Below are positions 7,540 through 17,544 of a stretch of 64,000 bases of DNA, one piece after another. This stretch comes from a bacterium (lineage in GTDB: Bacteria; UBA8248; JACPRG01; G963555815). A program made the translations under genes and the position numbers. The notes under the pieces were generated by a model, which made no database searches, was not told where the DNA came from, and saw only the letters and a program-made list of their open reading frames with translations. The stretch's first letter is position 1. Each line of letters begins with the position of its first letter. Location: NCBI GenBank assembly GCA_965218795.1, contig OZ244653.1:4608001-4672000 (forward strand). The letters are read 5' to 3'.

Positions 7540-9335
7540 GCCGGCGGGTGACTCTCACCGTGGATGTCCTCGTCGTGGGGGCGGGTTTGGCCGGACTACG
7601 CGCGGCGGCCGAGGCCCGGCGATTCGGGGCCAAGGTCCTGTTGGTGGACAAGGGCCTCACAGGCCTTAGCGGAAACAGCGCGTTTGCCGGGGGCGGCTTC
7701 AAAACCTGTCTGCCGGGTATGGATACCCTCATCGAGAAGCAGTATCTGACCCCCGAGGGGCATTTTCAGGACACGATCCAGTACGGCGACTACATGAGCG
7801 AGCAGCCTCTGGTGGAGGCGCTGACCATCGAGGCGCCGGCGAGGGTCCTCGAGCTTGAGGACGTCGGGGTCAAAAACTTCATGTCCCTCTGTACGCAAGG
7901 ATCATCCGAGCACGGGGGCTATGACGTGACCAAGGCCTTCGCCTCCAGCATCAAGACCCAGAAAGTGAAGACGCGGGTGAACACCATCCTCATCGAGCTG
8001 CTGATGGAGGAAGGAGAGGTCGTCGGGGGTCTCTTTTTCAGCTTTTTCAACGAGAAGTTTCTTGAGATTCGGGCGAAGAGCGTCATCTTGACGACGGGGG
8101 GCGCGGGTGCATCCTTTGCCCGCAATAATGTCTCATCAGCCATCATCGGCGACGGCTACGCCCTGGCCTACGAAGCCGGAGCGGAGCTCATCGGAATGGA
8201 GTTCGTGATGTTCGATCCCTACATCCTGGATGAGCCCGGCCTGCCCATGTGGTACGTCCTCCCCTGTTTTGCAAGGTTTTACGGCAAGCTGGTCAATGCA
8301 AACGGCGAGGCGTTTCTACCCGACTATCTCAGGGTAGTGGGCAGCATGGACGATCCGTTCCCGGTCCGGTACGGGGCACTGCCCCCCGACGTTCGGGAAA
8401 CCATCTCTCGGGCCATCGCGACCGAGATTCACGAAGGGCGGGATGAGGATGGGGCGGTCTTTCTGGATTGCCGGGATGTTCCCGAGAGGTACTGGGAGGA
8501 GGACATCCCGGGCAGACACAACCGCGACGCTATCCTCCGAAAGTTTCCGATCCGCGAGAAATTGATGCGGGTGATCCCCGGCGCCATCACGAATCTGGGC
8601 GGAATTCACATCAACGATCGCTGCGAAACCAGTGTCACCGGCCTTTACGCGGCGGGAGAAGCCGCGGGTCTCGTGCACGGGGCTAGGCGCCTGGGCGGAA
8701 ACGCCCTGACCGATTGTCTCGTGTTTGGCGCGAGGGCCGGCCGACAGGCGGCGGAGCGGGCCCGGAACGGGTCGATTCGGACGGTTCCCGAAGAGCGGAT
8801 GCGGGAGTCCATCCGTGCCGTCACCCGGCTTCTGGAACGGGATTCTACGCCCGAAGGCGATCCGGATGAACTGGTGCGAGACCTGAAACGAATCGCTTGG
8901 GAAGGGATCGGCGTCATCCGGTCCGAAGACGGCCTCACCCGGTGCCTGGAAGCCCTGGAGGAGGTCAAGCTGACCCGAATGCCGAAGTTGTTCGCGCCGA
9001 GCGCCCGAAAACTTCGTGCGGCACTCGAGGCCCGATTCATGCTGATTTCGCATGAGGTGACCGCCCGGTCCTCATTGGCGCGCGCCGAAAGCCGCGGGAC
9101 GCATTACCGGGAGGACTGCCCTGAGATCGACAACGAGCGGTTCCTGAAGAATTTTGTCATCCGGAAGGGAAAGGAATACATGGAAGAGGCCGAAGTCTCC
9201 ATTCCGGTCACGCGGGTTCCGCTTCCTGCACAGCGCCATCGATCCTTTTCGGATCCGGCCGCGCAGGCCAGCCATCCCACGACCACGCGGGGCGGAGATT
9301 TGATCTGGATGAGAGAGGGAGCGCCGGTGGGATGA
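7536..9335 (+). CDS. FAD-dependent oxidoreductase, Sdh/Frd/AprA/NadB flavoprotein superfamily (copy 1)
   Basis: DVLVVGAGLAG, GDGYALAYEAGA, GLYAAGE, HGARRLGGNAL, ESRGTHYREDCP. Confidence 0.9.
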   Translation: MSRRVTLTVDVLVVGAGLAGLRAAAEARRFGAKVLLVDKGLTGLSGNSAFAGGGFKTCLPGMDTLIEKQYLTPEGHFQDTIQYGDYMSEQPLVEALTIEAPARVLELEDVGVKNFMSLCTQGSSEHGGYDVTKAFASSIKTQKVKTRVNTILIELLMEEGEVVGGLFFSFFNEKFLEIRAKSVILTTGGAGASFARNNVSSAIIGDGYALAYEAGAELIGMEFVMFDPYILDEPGLPMWYVLPCFARFYGKLVNANGEAFLPDYLRVVGSMDDPFPVRYGALPPDVRETISRAIATEIHEGRDEDGAVFLDCRDVPERYWEEDIPGRHNRDAILRKFPIREKLMRVIPGAITNLGGIHINDRCETSVTGLYAAGEAAGLVHGARRLGGNALTDCLVFGARAGRQAAERARNGSIRTVPEERMRESIRAVTRLLERDSTPEGDPDELVRDLKRIAWEGIGVIRSEDGLTRCLEALEEVKLTRMPKLFAPSARKLRAALEARFMLISHEVTARSSLARAESRGTHYREDCPEIDNERFLKNFVIRKGKEYMEEAEVSIPVTRVPLPAQRHRSFSDPAAQASHPTTTRGGDLIWMREGAPVG

Positions 9336-9622
9336 GCACGACTGGCGCGACCGGAACCAAGCGAAGGCCGGACCGGTCCGGATGGAAGCCGCCGCCCTAC
9401 GTTTCGTCGCCGGCGCTCGAAATTGATATCGACAAAGACACCTGCACCGGGTGCGACCTGTGCGTCATCGCCTGCCCGACCGATTGCCTTGAGCTGGACA
9501 CGGAGGTCCAGGTGGCTTACGTGGTGAGGTTGGACGCCTGTATCATCTGTTACAGTTGTGAAGAGGTCTGCAAGCCGGACTGCCTTCACGTACATCTCGA
9601 TACGCGGGGGAGAGAACCGTGA
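9332..9622 (+). CDS. 2x[4Fe-4S] ferredoxin subunit (AprB-like)
   Basis: CTGCDLCVIACP and CIICYSCEEVC; 4-nt overlap with the flavoprotein. Confidence 0.9.
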   Translation: MSTTGATGTKRRPDRSGWKPPPYVSSPALEIDIDKDTCTGCDLCVIACPTDCLELDTEVQVAYVVRLDACIICYSCEEVCKPDCLHVHLDTRGREP

Positions 9623-10482
9623 TGGATCAGGACGATCCGGAAGCGAAACCGGTTCAAATTCGGACGACCCAGCCTTCGGCCTGGGTCCGGATGATCTATC
9701 CGGTGGTGGCCGTCATCCTCGCCATCGCGCTCTGGGCGTTGGCGGTCCACTGGTTCAAGGTGCCGGAGTATATTCTGCCGGCCCCGAAGGCGGTCTTCCA
9801 TGCACTGGTCGAAAAGTACATGATCCTTCTCCGGCACAGCGGCGCAACGGTGAATGCGACCCTTGGCGGATTGGTGCTGAGCGTCGTATTCGGCGTGCCG
9901 TTCGCGATGCTGCTGGTCTGGTCGAAGACGCTCGAGCGGGCGATTATGCCCCTGCTGGTTTTCTCGCAATGTTTCCCGAAGATCGCTATTGGTCCTCTGC
10001 TGATTGTGTGGTTCGGTTGGGGGATTTTACCGAAGGTCTTGATTAGCTTCATCATCGCTTTCTTTCCCATCGTCATCCAAACGGCCCTGGGGCTGAAATC
10101 GGTGGAAAACGACGAGCTGGACCTGATTCGGATCATGTCGCCGAGCGCCTTGCAGGTCTTTACGAAGATCCGGGTTCCCAATGCGCTCCCTCATTTCTTC
10201 GGCGGGCTCAAGGTGGCGGTCACGCTCTCGCTCATTGGGGCCATCGTCGGGGAGTTCATCGGCTCTGACCGCGGCCTCGGATACCTCCTGCAATACGCGA
10301 ACACGGAACTCGATACGGAACTTCTGTTCGCGACGCTCGTTCTCCTGATGGTGGTCGGCGGAATCCTCTTCCTGGCGGTTACGAGGCTGGAGAAGTGGCT
10401 GTTGCCCTGGCACGTAGCGGTCCGTGACGAAAAGCAAGGAGGAGTTCGAATTTCCGAGGAGGCTGTAGAGAGCACAGCCTGA
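9619..10482 (+). CDS. NitT/TauT-family ABC transporter permease
   Basis: Hydrophobic helices; PKIAIGPLLIVWFGWG, KIRVPNALPHFFGGLK, GAIVGEFIGSDRGLG. Confidence 0.92.
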   Translation: MMDQDDPEAKPVQIRTTQPSAWVRMIYPVVAVILAIALWALAVHWFKVPEYILPAPKAVFHALVEKYMILLRHSGATVNATLGGLVLSVVFGVPFAMLLVWSKTLERAIMPLLVFSQCFPKIAIGPLLIVWFGWGILPKVLISFIIAFFPIVIQTALGLKSVENDELDLIRIMSPSALQVFTKIRVPNALPHFFGGLKVAVTLSLIGAIVGEFIGSDRGLGYLLQYANTELDTELLFATLVLLMVVGGILFLAVTRLEKWLLPWHVAVRDEKQGGVRISEEAVESTA

Positions 10483-10537
10483 TTGCAGAACCCCGGAGCA
10501 TTGGGTTCCGGGGGATCCAAAAAGGAGGGGCGGAGCA

Positions 10538-11542
10538 ATGAAAGCACGGATGTGTCGGAAGCGGTTTATAAAGGCCCAAATGGCGATTCTTGCGGTGTTA
10601 TTCGTCTTGGCCGTCGGGTTGCCCGCCCCGGGCGGCGCGGCCGATGAGGTATCCCTGAGGCTGGACTGGAAGATCTACGGGACCCACGCGCCTTTCTTCA
10701 TGGCGGCGAAAAAGGGGTTCTACCGTGCGGGGGGGATGAAGGTCAAGATCGGGGAAGGCACCGGTTCGAGCAGTGTGGTCAAGCTGATGGGGGCCAAGAA
10801 CGACACCTTTGCCTTTGCGGCCGGCGTGAGCACCCTCCAGGGGGTCACGAAGGGAATCCCCGTCAAGTCGGTCTTCGGGATCATGCAGAAAAGTCCGCTG
10901 GCCATCATGTCGCTGACCAAGTCGAACCTCAAGACACCGAAGGATTTGCTGGGAAAGTCAGTCAGCACGAGCGGGAAGGGATCGGGGACGGCCCTCTTTG
11001 CCGCGTTCCTGAAAACCAATCAGGTGAATCCCTGCAAGGTGACACTGGCCGCCCTGGGACGGTCCGGTAAGTCGAGGGCCCTGCTCGCCGGAAAGGTGGC
11101 CGGGATGATCGGCTACAGCGTCACCGAAGTTCCCAGCCTCGAAGGAAAGGGGGCGAGGGTGCGCGCAATGCATCTCGGTGACTGGGGAATGAACGTTGTA
11201 GCGAACGGAATCATCATTAACACCGAGACCGAGAAAACCAACCCCAAGCTCATCCGTCGGTTTCTGAAGGCGGTGAAGAAGGGGATCGTCTACGCCAAGG
11301 CCCATCCGAAAGAGTCGGCGGATTTTTTGAAAGAGCGATTCCCCCACAAGAGGCGGGCCGTCCTGGGCAAGGAGCTCAAGTGGACGTTCAGCCTCCTGGT
11401 CAGCAAGGCCACTGAGGGTAAGCCGTTGGGATGGCAAGCCGATTCCGACTGGGCCAGGACCCAAAGTGTTCTTAAGAAAAACAACCTGATCAAGAAGACC
11501 ATGCCTCTCAGGAATTACTTCACGAACGCCTACATTCCCTGA
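10538..11542 (+). CDS. NMT1/THI5-like ABC substrate-binding protein
   Basis: Signal peptide; LRLDW...HAPFFMA..KGFY...GEGTGS; C-terminal YFTNAYIP. Confidence 0.9.
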   Translation: MKARMCRKRFIKAQMAILAVLFVLAVGLPAPGGAADEVSLRLDWKIYGTHAPFFMAAKKGFYRAGGMKVKIGEGTGSSSVVKLMGAKNDTFAFAAGVSTLQGVTKGIPVKSVFGIMQKSPLAIMSLTKSNLKTPKDLLGKSVSTSGKGSGTALFAAFLKTNQVNPCKVTLAALGRSGKSRALLAGKVAGMIGYSVTEVPSLEGKGARVRAMHLGDWGMNVVANGIIINTETEKTNPKLIRRFLKAVKKGIVYAKAHPKESADFLKERFPHKRRAVLGKELKWTFSLLVSKATEGKPLGWQADSDWARTQSVLKKNNLIKKTMPLRNYFTNAYIP

Positions 11543-11563
11543 GCGGGCGACGTATCGGATCGC

Positions 11564-11597
11564 GCGGGGAGAGAAGGGCCGATCCTTCTCTCCCCGC
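11564..11597 (+). other. Intercistronic stem-loop after the binding-protein gene
   Basis: GCGGGGAGAGAAGGG-ccga-TCCTTCTCTCCCCGC with no U-tract; probably an mRNA-stabilising hairpin. Confidence 0.6.
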
Positions 11598-11610
11598 AGA
11601 TGGAATCGGG

Positions 11611-12522
11611 ATGACGCCAATGCCCGGTGAGTCTTCCGGAAAAAATCAGGCGGATTCGGCCATCGAGTTCTCCGGCCTGCGCATGGATTACCTCGACGGT
11701 GGAGAAGCGCTTTGCGCCCTGAAGGACATCGACTTTCAAGCGTCGGAGGGTGAGTTTGTTTCCTTTGTGGGGCCGAGCGGCTGCGGGAAGACCACGCTGC
11801 TGAAGATCACGGCCGGGCTCCTGTCGCCCACGGCTGGTGATGTCCGCATCCAGGGACACAGCGTGCGCGGTCCCACGCAAGATGTCGGCTTCGTCTTTCA
11901 AAGCGCGGTCCTGCTGAGGTGGCGGACCATCCTGCGCAACATCCTGTTGCAGGTGGAGGTCCGGGGGTTGGAGAAGCAGGAATTCACCCGTCGCGCCCGG
12001 GAGCTTCTCGAATTGGTCGGACTGGAAGGATTCGAGGACAAATATCCTTATCAGTTGTCCGGGGGAATGCAGCAGCGAGCGGCTATCTGCAGAGCCCTCA
12101 TCCACGATCCTCCGCTTTTGCTCATGGATGAGCCGTTCGGCGCACTGGACGCCTTGACGCGGGAGCAGATGCACCTGGAGCTGCAGGACATCTGGATGCA
12201 AAGCGGGAAGACCGTCCTGTTCGTCACCCACAGTATTCCCGAATCCATCTTTCTATCCGACCGAGTGGTGGTGTTCTCGGCCCGCCCGGGGCGCATCCGG
12301 GAAGTGGTCGAGGTGGATCTGCCACGCCCGCGGGAGGTGGGTATCGAGGCGGATGTCCGGTTCGGCCGGCTGATCAACCATATCCGCGGGTTGCTCGAGA
12401 CGACTCGTCCGAGGCGCCGCCCCCAGCTGGGCAAGGCCGTTCTCTCCGAATCCCGTACTGATGCGGAGGCACCCGATTCGGACGAATCTCCCCTGCGAAT
12501 CGTTCGCGGAGGCGAGCCATGA
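11611..12522 (+). CDS. NitT/TauT-family ABC transporter ATPase
   Basis: GPSGCGKT, LSGGMQQR, LLMDEPFGALD, FVTHS. Confidence 0.94.
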   Translation: MTPMPGESSGKNQADSAIEFSGLRMDYLDGGEALCALKDIDFQASEGEFVSFVGPSGCGKTTLLKITAGLLSPTAGDVRIQGHSVRGPTQDVGFVFQSAVLLRWRTILRNILLQVEVRGLEKQEFTRRARELLELVGLEGFEDKYPYQLSGGMQQRAAICRALIHDPPLLLMDEPFGALDALTREQMHLELQDIWMQSGKTVLFVTHSIPESIFLSDRVVVFSARPGRIREVVEVDLPRPREVGIEADVRFGRLINHIRGLLETTRPRRRPQLGKAVLSESRTDAEAPDSDESPLRIVRGGEP

Positions 12523-13028
12523 GTCGGAAATCCGGGCCGGTTCGAATTTCCGCGGCGCTGCGCGACTCGGGCGTACGGTTCATCGTGGGACTGCCCGAGA
12601 CCTGGCTGGCCCCCCTCCTGCGCCACCTGAAAGACCATCCCGATTTCGTGGATGTCCCCGTGGCCAGTGAGGATGAGGGCGTTGGCGTCTGCGCCGGCCT
12701 GGAGCTGGGAGGACAGGGCGCGGCACTGTTGATGCAGAACACGGGACTGCTCGCCTCGGCCAACGCCCTGACAACCCTCCCGCTCAAGCACCGGATTCCT
12801 CTTTTGATGCTGATCAGTCATCGGGGCGCCCCCGGGATGCCGGATGACCGGGACTACCACCTATTGGAGGGAGAGGTGACGCGTCCCGTGCTGGACGCGC
12901 TTCGGATCCCCGCATTTGAGGTTCAGCGGCCGGAGGATGCTGAAAAAATCGGAGCGGCCCGGGAGCGGGCCGAGCTCGGGAAGCAGCCGGTGGCGGTGCT
13001 CCTGGCGCGGGAGGCCTTGGTTCCGTGA
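12519..13028 (+). CDS. comD: Sulfopyruvate/phosphonopyruvate decarboxylase alpha-subunit-like (ThDP N-domain)
   Basis: VGLPETWL, SEDEGVGVCAG, LLMQNTGL...NAL, IPLLMLISHRG. Confidence 0.8.
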   Translation: MSRKSGPVRISAALRDSGVRFIVGLPETWLAPLLRHLKDHPDFVDVPVASEDEGVGVCAGLELGGQGAALLMQNTGLLASANALTTLPLKHRIPLLMLISHRGAPGMPDDRDYHLLEGEVTRPVLDALRIPAFEVQRPEDAEKIGAARERAELGKQPVAVLLAREALVP

Positions 13029-13600
13029 GCTCCGGGATGAAGCGCATGGATTGCCTGGCCGCGCTTGCCGAGCACGTGAGCGACGAGCTCGTGGTGGTCG
13101 CCGTGGGCGGACTGATTGACGAATGGCACCACCTTCGTCCGAGCGATTTGAATTACTACTCGGGCGGGATGGGTCTGGCCTCTTCCATCGGTCTGGGGCT
13201 GAGTCTGGCGCTCCCTGAGCGGAGGGTCATTATTCTGGACGGCGACGGCGCGCTCTTGATGAATCTGGGCTCCCTGACGACGGCGGGTCACCAGCGTCCC
13301 CGGAACCTCCTGCACTTGGTGTTCAACAATGGTACGTATGAATCATCCGGAGGATTCGCGCTGCCGGGAGCGGACGGCCTCGGGTTTGATGCTTTCGCGC
13401 GCGCGGCGGGGATTGAGGATGCGCGTGAGGTGACGGACCTTCAGGAATGGCGCGAAATGCTGCCGGGCCTGCTGAGCGCGCCGGGTCATGTCGTGCTCGA
13501 CCTGAAGGTTGGGCCGGGTGACCCGGTTCCGTCCATGACGGAGGACAAACTGGAGCGCCGATTCCGGTTTCAGCGGGCGCTGATGGAGGCGGCGCGGTAA
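13025..13600 (+). CDS. comE: Sulfopyruvate/phosphonopyruvate decarboxylase beta-subunit-like (ThDP-binding)
   Basis: GMGLASSIGLG, DGDGALLMNLGSL...VFNNGTYESSGG. Confidence 0.8.
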   Translation: MSSGMKRMDCLAALAEHVSDELVVVAVGGLIDEWHHLRPSDLNYYSGGMGLASSIGLGLSLALPERRVIILDGDGALLMNLGSLTTAGHQRPRNLLHLVFNNGTYESSGGFALPGADGLGFDAFARAAGIEDAREVTDLQEWREMLPGLLSAPGHVVLDLKVGPGDPVPSMTEDKLERRFRFQRALMEAAR

Positions 13601-13645
13601 CCGATATCCCCATCCGCCGAATGGGCCAAGGGATTCATTGAGCCG

Positions 13646-15421
13646 ATGAAAAGGCCGTGGGTTCAGCGAGAGACGGATGTTCTGGTGATCGGGACCGGTC
13701 TGGCCGGCCTGCGGGCGGCCATCGAGGCGCGGCGGTTTGGCCAGCGGGTGCTCCTGATCGACAAAGCCCTGATCGGCATCAACAACAATACGGCCATGGC
13801 CGGCGGCGGCTTCAAGGCGGCGCTCCCGAACTTTCTCGACACGAGCGTCGAAAAACAGTACGACACTCCGGATGAACACTTCCACGACACCGTCGAATAC
13901 GGAGAGTTCCTCGGCGACCAGGCCTTGGTCGAAATTCTGGCGATCGAGGCTCCCGGCAGAATTTTGGAGCTTCAGGAATTCGATATCCCCCACTATGAGG
14001 CGCTCTGCACCTACGGTCTGCCCAAGCCGATTGAATTGGCCGACGGCTCCACGAGCGTCGATGCCAACCCCTCCCGCGGGGGGCAAGTCGTGACCAAAGG
14101 GCTCGCTGAGGAGTGTAAACGCCTTGGGGTCCGCATGATGCCGGGGTGCGTTCTTCTGGACCTCCTGGTTGGGAAGGAGGGCGTGACGGGGGCGCTGCTG
14201 TATCGGATCTATCAGGGGGACTTTATCGTTTGCCGCGCCGCGTCAACGATTCTCGCCACCGGGGGGGCGGGGGAGCTGTACCGGATCAATTACACCGCCA
14301 ATGTCACGACGGGCGACGGGTACGCGGCCGCCTACCGGGCGGGCGCCGAGATGGTCGACATGTCGTTCGCCATGTTCTCCCCCCACACGATGATGGAGCC
14401 CGGCCTTCCAATGTGGTATCTCCTCCCCTGCACGGCCAGGCTTCACGCGGTGTACCGAAACGGGAGGGGCGAGGCGTTTCTGGATAGTTTCCTCACACCG
14501 ACAGGGGAACCGACCATTCATTTCCAGAGACGCTATGGGGAGCTTTCAACCGATGTGAGGGAGATCATCTCGCGGGCCATCGCGATTGAGATCTTCGAAG
14601 GCCGGGGCGACGGGGATTCCATCTGGCTCGATTTCCGCGAGGTTCCCGAGGAGCTTTGGGACGCCGACCTTCCCGGGCAGTACGATCTGCGGTGTCTGCT
14701 GAGGGGGTTCGACTGGAAAAACAAGCCCATCCGAATCTCCCCGGGTGCGATTACGCATCTGGGGGGAATCGGAATCAACGAATGGAGTGAGACCAATCTC
14801 CGCGGGCTGTACGCCGCCGGGGAAGCGGCGGCTCCAGTTCACGGCGCGCGGCGCAGGGGTGGGAACGCTTTTTCGGAGTGCCTTGTGTTCGGAACCCGTG
14901 CGGGAAGGGCGGCCGCAGAGCGCGCGCGCGACAACCCACGTCTCATCTCCAGTCCGGACTGGGGCCGCGGGGCGGTGGAGCAGAGGATTGCGGAGGTCGG
15001 GAGGTGGGACCGGACGCCCGATCACGAAGGCGACCCTGCCCGGATCCGCGCGGACCTGCAGCATACGATGTGGGAAAATGCGGGCCCGCTCCGCTCTGGA
15101 GAGCGGTTGGACAAGTGCCTGGCCGATTTGGAAGAACTGCGCCGGGATGGTCTTCCCCGTCTATCGGCTCGGACTCCCTTTGAAGTCAAAGCGGCGGTCG
15201 AGGCGGTGAATCTGGTCGAGGTGGGGGAGATCGTGACCCGCTCCGCCCGGTTTCGGACGGAAAGCCGGGGATGTCATTTCCGCACGGATTATCCGAAGAC
15301 GGATCAGGAGCGTTGGATCTGCCACGACGTGATCGTTCGGGGACGGGAGCCCTTCAAGAAAGAAGTTGACGTGACACGGATTCCTCTTCCCGTCGCAGCC
15401 GGGAGCACTGTGGGTGACTAG
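13646..15421 (+). CDS. FAD-dependent oxidoreductase, Sdh/Frd/AprA superfamily (copy 2, paralog of 7536-9335)
   Basis: DVLVIGTGLAG, TGDGYAAAYRAGA, GLYAAGE, ESRGCHFRTDYP; shares EPGLPMWY.LPC with copy 1. Confidence 0.9.
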   Translation: MKRPWVQRETDVLVIGTGLAGLRAAIEARRFGQRVLLIDKALIGINNNTAMAGGGFKAALPNFLDTSVEKQYDTPDEHFHDTVEYGEFLGDQALVEILAIEAPGRILELQEFDIPHYEALCTYGLPKPIELADGSTSVDANPSRGGQVVTKGLAEECKRLGVRMMPGCVLLDLLVGKEGVTGALLYRIYQGDFIVCRAASTILATGGAGELYRINYTANVTTGDGYAAAYRAGAEMVDMSFAMFSPHTMMEPGLPMWYLLPCTARLHAVYRNGRGEAFLDSFLTPTGEPTIHFQRRYGELSTDVREIISRAIAIEIFEGRGDGDSIWLDFREVPEELWDADLPGQYDLRCLLRGFDWKNKPIRISPGAITHLGGIGINEWSETNLRGLYAAGEAAAPVHGARRRGGNAFSECLVFGTRAGRAAAERARDNPRLISSPDWGRGAVEQRIAEVGRWDRTPDHEGDPARIRADLQHTMWENAGPLRSGERLDKCLADLEELRRDGLPRLSARTPFEVKAAVEAVNLVEVGEIVTRSARFRTESRGCHFRTDYPKTDQERWICHDVIVRGREPFKKEVDVTRIPLPVAAGSTVGD

Positions 15422-15644
15422 GTCGGTTCACATCAGCGTTCTCGAGACCTGCGTGGATTGCGCCCTGTGTGTCCTGGCCTGTCCCGTCGATTGTCTCGGT
15501 TTTGATCAGAGGGAAAAGCGGCTTTTGGTATTAGCGGAAGACCCCTGCATCGTCTGCCTGAATTGCGAGGACGTTTGCCCGGTGGACGCCATCCGGATCG
15601 GTCTGGATGCCTATTTGCCGGAGTCGCGCCCCGTCGAAGTTTGA
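15414..15644 (+). CDS. 2x[4Fe-4S] ferredoxin subunit (copy 2)
   Basis: CVDCALCVLACP and CIVCLNCEDVCP. Confidence 0.88.
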   Translation: MTRSVHISVLETCVDCALCVLACPVDCLGFDQREKRLLVLAEDPCIVCLNCEDVCPVDAIRIGLDAYLPESRPVEV

Positions 15645-15741
15645 GCGGGGCTCTCGCTCCCGGCAATCTCTCCCTTCATTTCTTCCAAGTTTGAACTCTT
15701 CCCGGCGGTCGGATTGACGCCGCTTCCAGGGAATCCTGCGC

Positions 15742-16737
15742 TCAAAGCTTCAGAAGCCTCGCGGCGTTGCCCCCCAGGATATTGTCCCGCGCCGGTCCCT
15801 CCGGGACGACCCGCTTGACTTGCTCTGCACAGCCGAAATCCGCCATGTCGAAGGGGTAGTCGCTCCCCAGGTAGACATGATCCTCACCGACGGTCTCGAT
15901 CAAGAACTTCAGGGCAGGGTCCCAATGGGTGATGTTGTCGAACCAGACCTGTTCCAGGTAGGCGCTCGGTTCCTTCGGCGCGAGCTTTCGCGCTTCCGGA
16001 CGCTCTCGGTAGCCGTGGTCCAACCGCCCGCGGATGAAGGGGTACTGGCCGCCCGCGTGGACCAGGCAGACCTTGAGCTTGGGGTGCCGCTCGAACACGC
16101 CCCCCAGCAGCATTCGCCCGATGGCGATGGTGGTATCGAGCGGGTTCCCAATCAGATTCGTCAGATAGTAATCCTGGTAACGCTCATGTCCGGCGACGTC
16201 GTGCGGATGGAGGAACAGCGGGACATCCAGCTCTTCCAGCTTATCGTAGAAGGGCTCATAAGCGGGGTGATCCAGATCCCTGCCGCCGTAATTGGTTTGA
16301 ATCATCGTTCCTTTGTGACCCAAGGTCTGTACCGCGTATTCCAGCTCGGCAATTCCCATGTTGACATCCTGCAGGGGAATCGTCGCAAATGCCCGGAACC
16401 GGTCCGGGTGCCGGGACTCCATCTCCGACATGGCCTCGTTTTGGATGCGCGAGAGGCGGGCGGCGTCTTCGCCAACGGCAAACGCGTGGTAGGACAGGGG
16501 CGAGGCCGCGAGGACGGACAGGTCGATGCCCATCCGATCCATATCGGTGAGCTTGATCTTGACATCCATCAGGCCCGGTTTGAATTCGGCCGATTTCTCG
16601 CGGTTGACCGCTCTCGATTCCTCCCCCTGAAAATCGACTCCGGCGCCCGTCGGATAGCGGGACTTGATCTCGGCCGCCAATGATTCCGCTTCCGCTACGA
16701 GAATATGAGAGTGCGCATCTATCACCGGTTGGCTCAT
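15742..16737 (-). CDS. Amidohydrolase_2 family protein (ACMSD-like decarboxylase/hydratase)
   Basis: IDAHSH, FLHPH, VHAGG, LGSDYPFD; start reassigned to ATG 16737 (AGAGGA RBS). Confidence 0.9.
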   Translation of the reverse strand: MSQPVIDAHSHILVAEAESLAAEIKSRYPTGAGVDFQGEESRAVNREKSAEFKPGLMDVKIKLTDMDRMGIDLSVLAASPLSYHAFAVGEDAARLSRIQNEAMSEMESRHPDRFRAFATIPLQDVNMGIAELEYAVQTLGHKGTMIQTNYGGRDLDHPAYEPFYDKLEELDVPLFLHPHDVAGHERYQDYYLTNLIGNPLDTTIAIGRMLLGGVFERHPKLKVCLVHAGGQYPFIRGRLDHGYRERPEARKLAPKEPSAYLEQVWFDNITHWDPALKFLIETVGEDHVYLGSDYPFDMADFGCAEQVKRVVPEGPARDNILGGNAARLLKL

Positions 16738-17172
16738 CTGGGTTCCTCTCTGACCTTGGCCTGTAGAACCGTTTCTCGGCAATCGCCCGAGGGCGGTTAC
16801 GCCGGGGATCGGTTGACGGAAAGATTCGTTGAAGGCCCCTTATGGTCATCGGGTTGAAGAACATGATCCAGTGTCGTCCGGAACCACTCGTCTCTTGTCT
16901 TTGCGTTCCGCAGCTTTCGCGTTGAGGGACACTCTGCCGGGAGCGTCGTGATGGGGCCTGCGGGCTGCCAAAGGAATCGAACGGAAATTATATACAATAG
17001 TGCCCAAGGACGCTAAGCCTTCTTGGGCTTCGGGGTTTCCTGCCGCGGTGCGCGCCGCCCCTGACAGCAGCTTGCGCCAGAGCGGTCGGCGCGGTCGGTA
17101 TCCTCAGGTCTTCAGTCTCCTCCGTTTCCTCGGTGAGGTGCCGACAAGACGGCCATGCTGGAGAGAAGAGGC

Positions 17173-17544
17173 CTATGTGGATGGCTGGGTGAGCTCAATC
17201 ACGTTGCCGCAAGGGTCTTCACAGATAACCTGTTTGCCTCCGACGCCGTCCAGAATATCGTTCCTGAATTTGACGCCATTCCCCTTGAGTTTTGCGACGA
17301 CAGATTCCAAATCTTCGAAATCCAATACAATTCTGTTCCAGCCTCCCCCCGGACTGGGAACCGTGCCATCAAGCATTGGTTGGGAGGCGGACGCTCGTGG
17401 TCCTGACACCAAGAGGGTCAAGTCGCCAAGTGCCAATATGGATATCGCCGGAGCGGCGTCGAGTTCGATCTCAAATCCGAAGTTTGACACATAAAACTGA
17501 GCGACCGCTGCAACATCGTCCACGATATATCGTACTCTGGCCAT
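17173..17544 (-). CDS. VOC/glyoxalase family protein
   Basis: VRYIVDDV..VAQFY...GGWNRI...GGKQVICEDPCGNVIEL; GAGGAG RBS. Confidence 0.88.
   Translation of the reverse strand: MARVRYIVDDVAAVAQFYVSNFGFEIELDAAPAISILALGDLTLLVSGPRASASQPMLDGTVPSPGGGWNRIVLDFEDLESVVAKLKGNGVKFRNDILDGVGGKQVICEDPCGNVIELTQPST

Noticed and set aside
7536-9622. Calling the flavoprotein/ferredoxin pairs sdhAB, frdAB, nadB or aprAB
   Set aside because: Dicarboxylate-site histidines are absent, there is no 2Fe-2S/3Fe-4S subunit or anchor, and no sat/qmo context.
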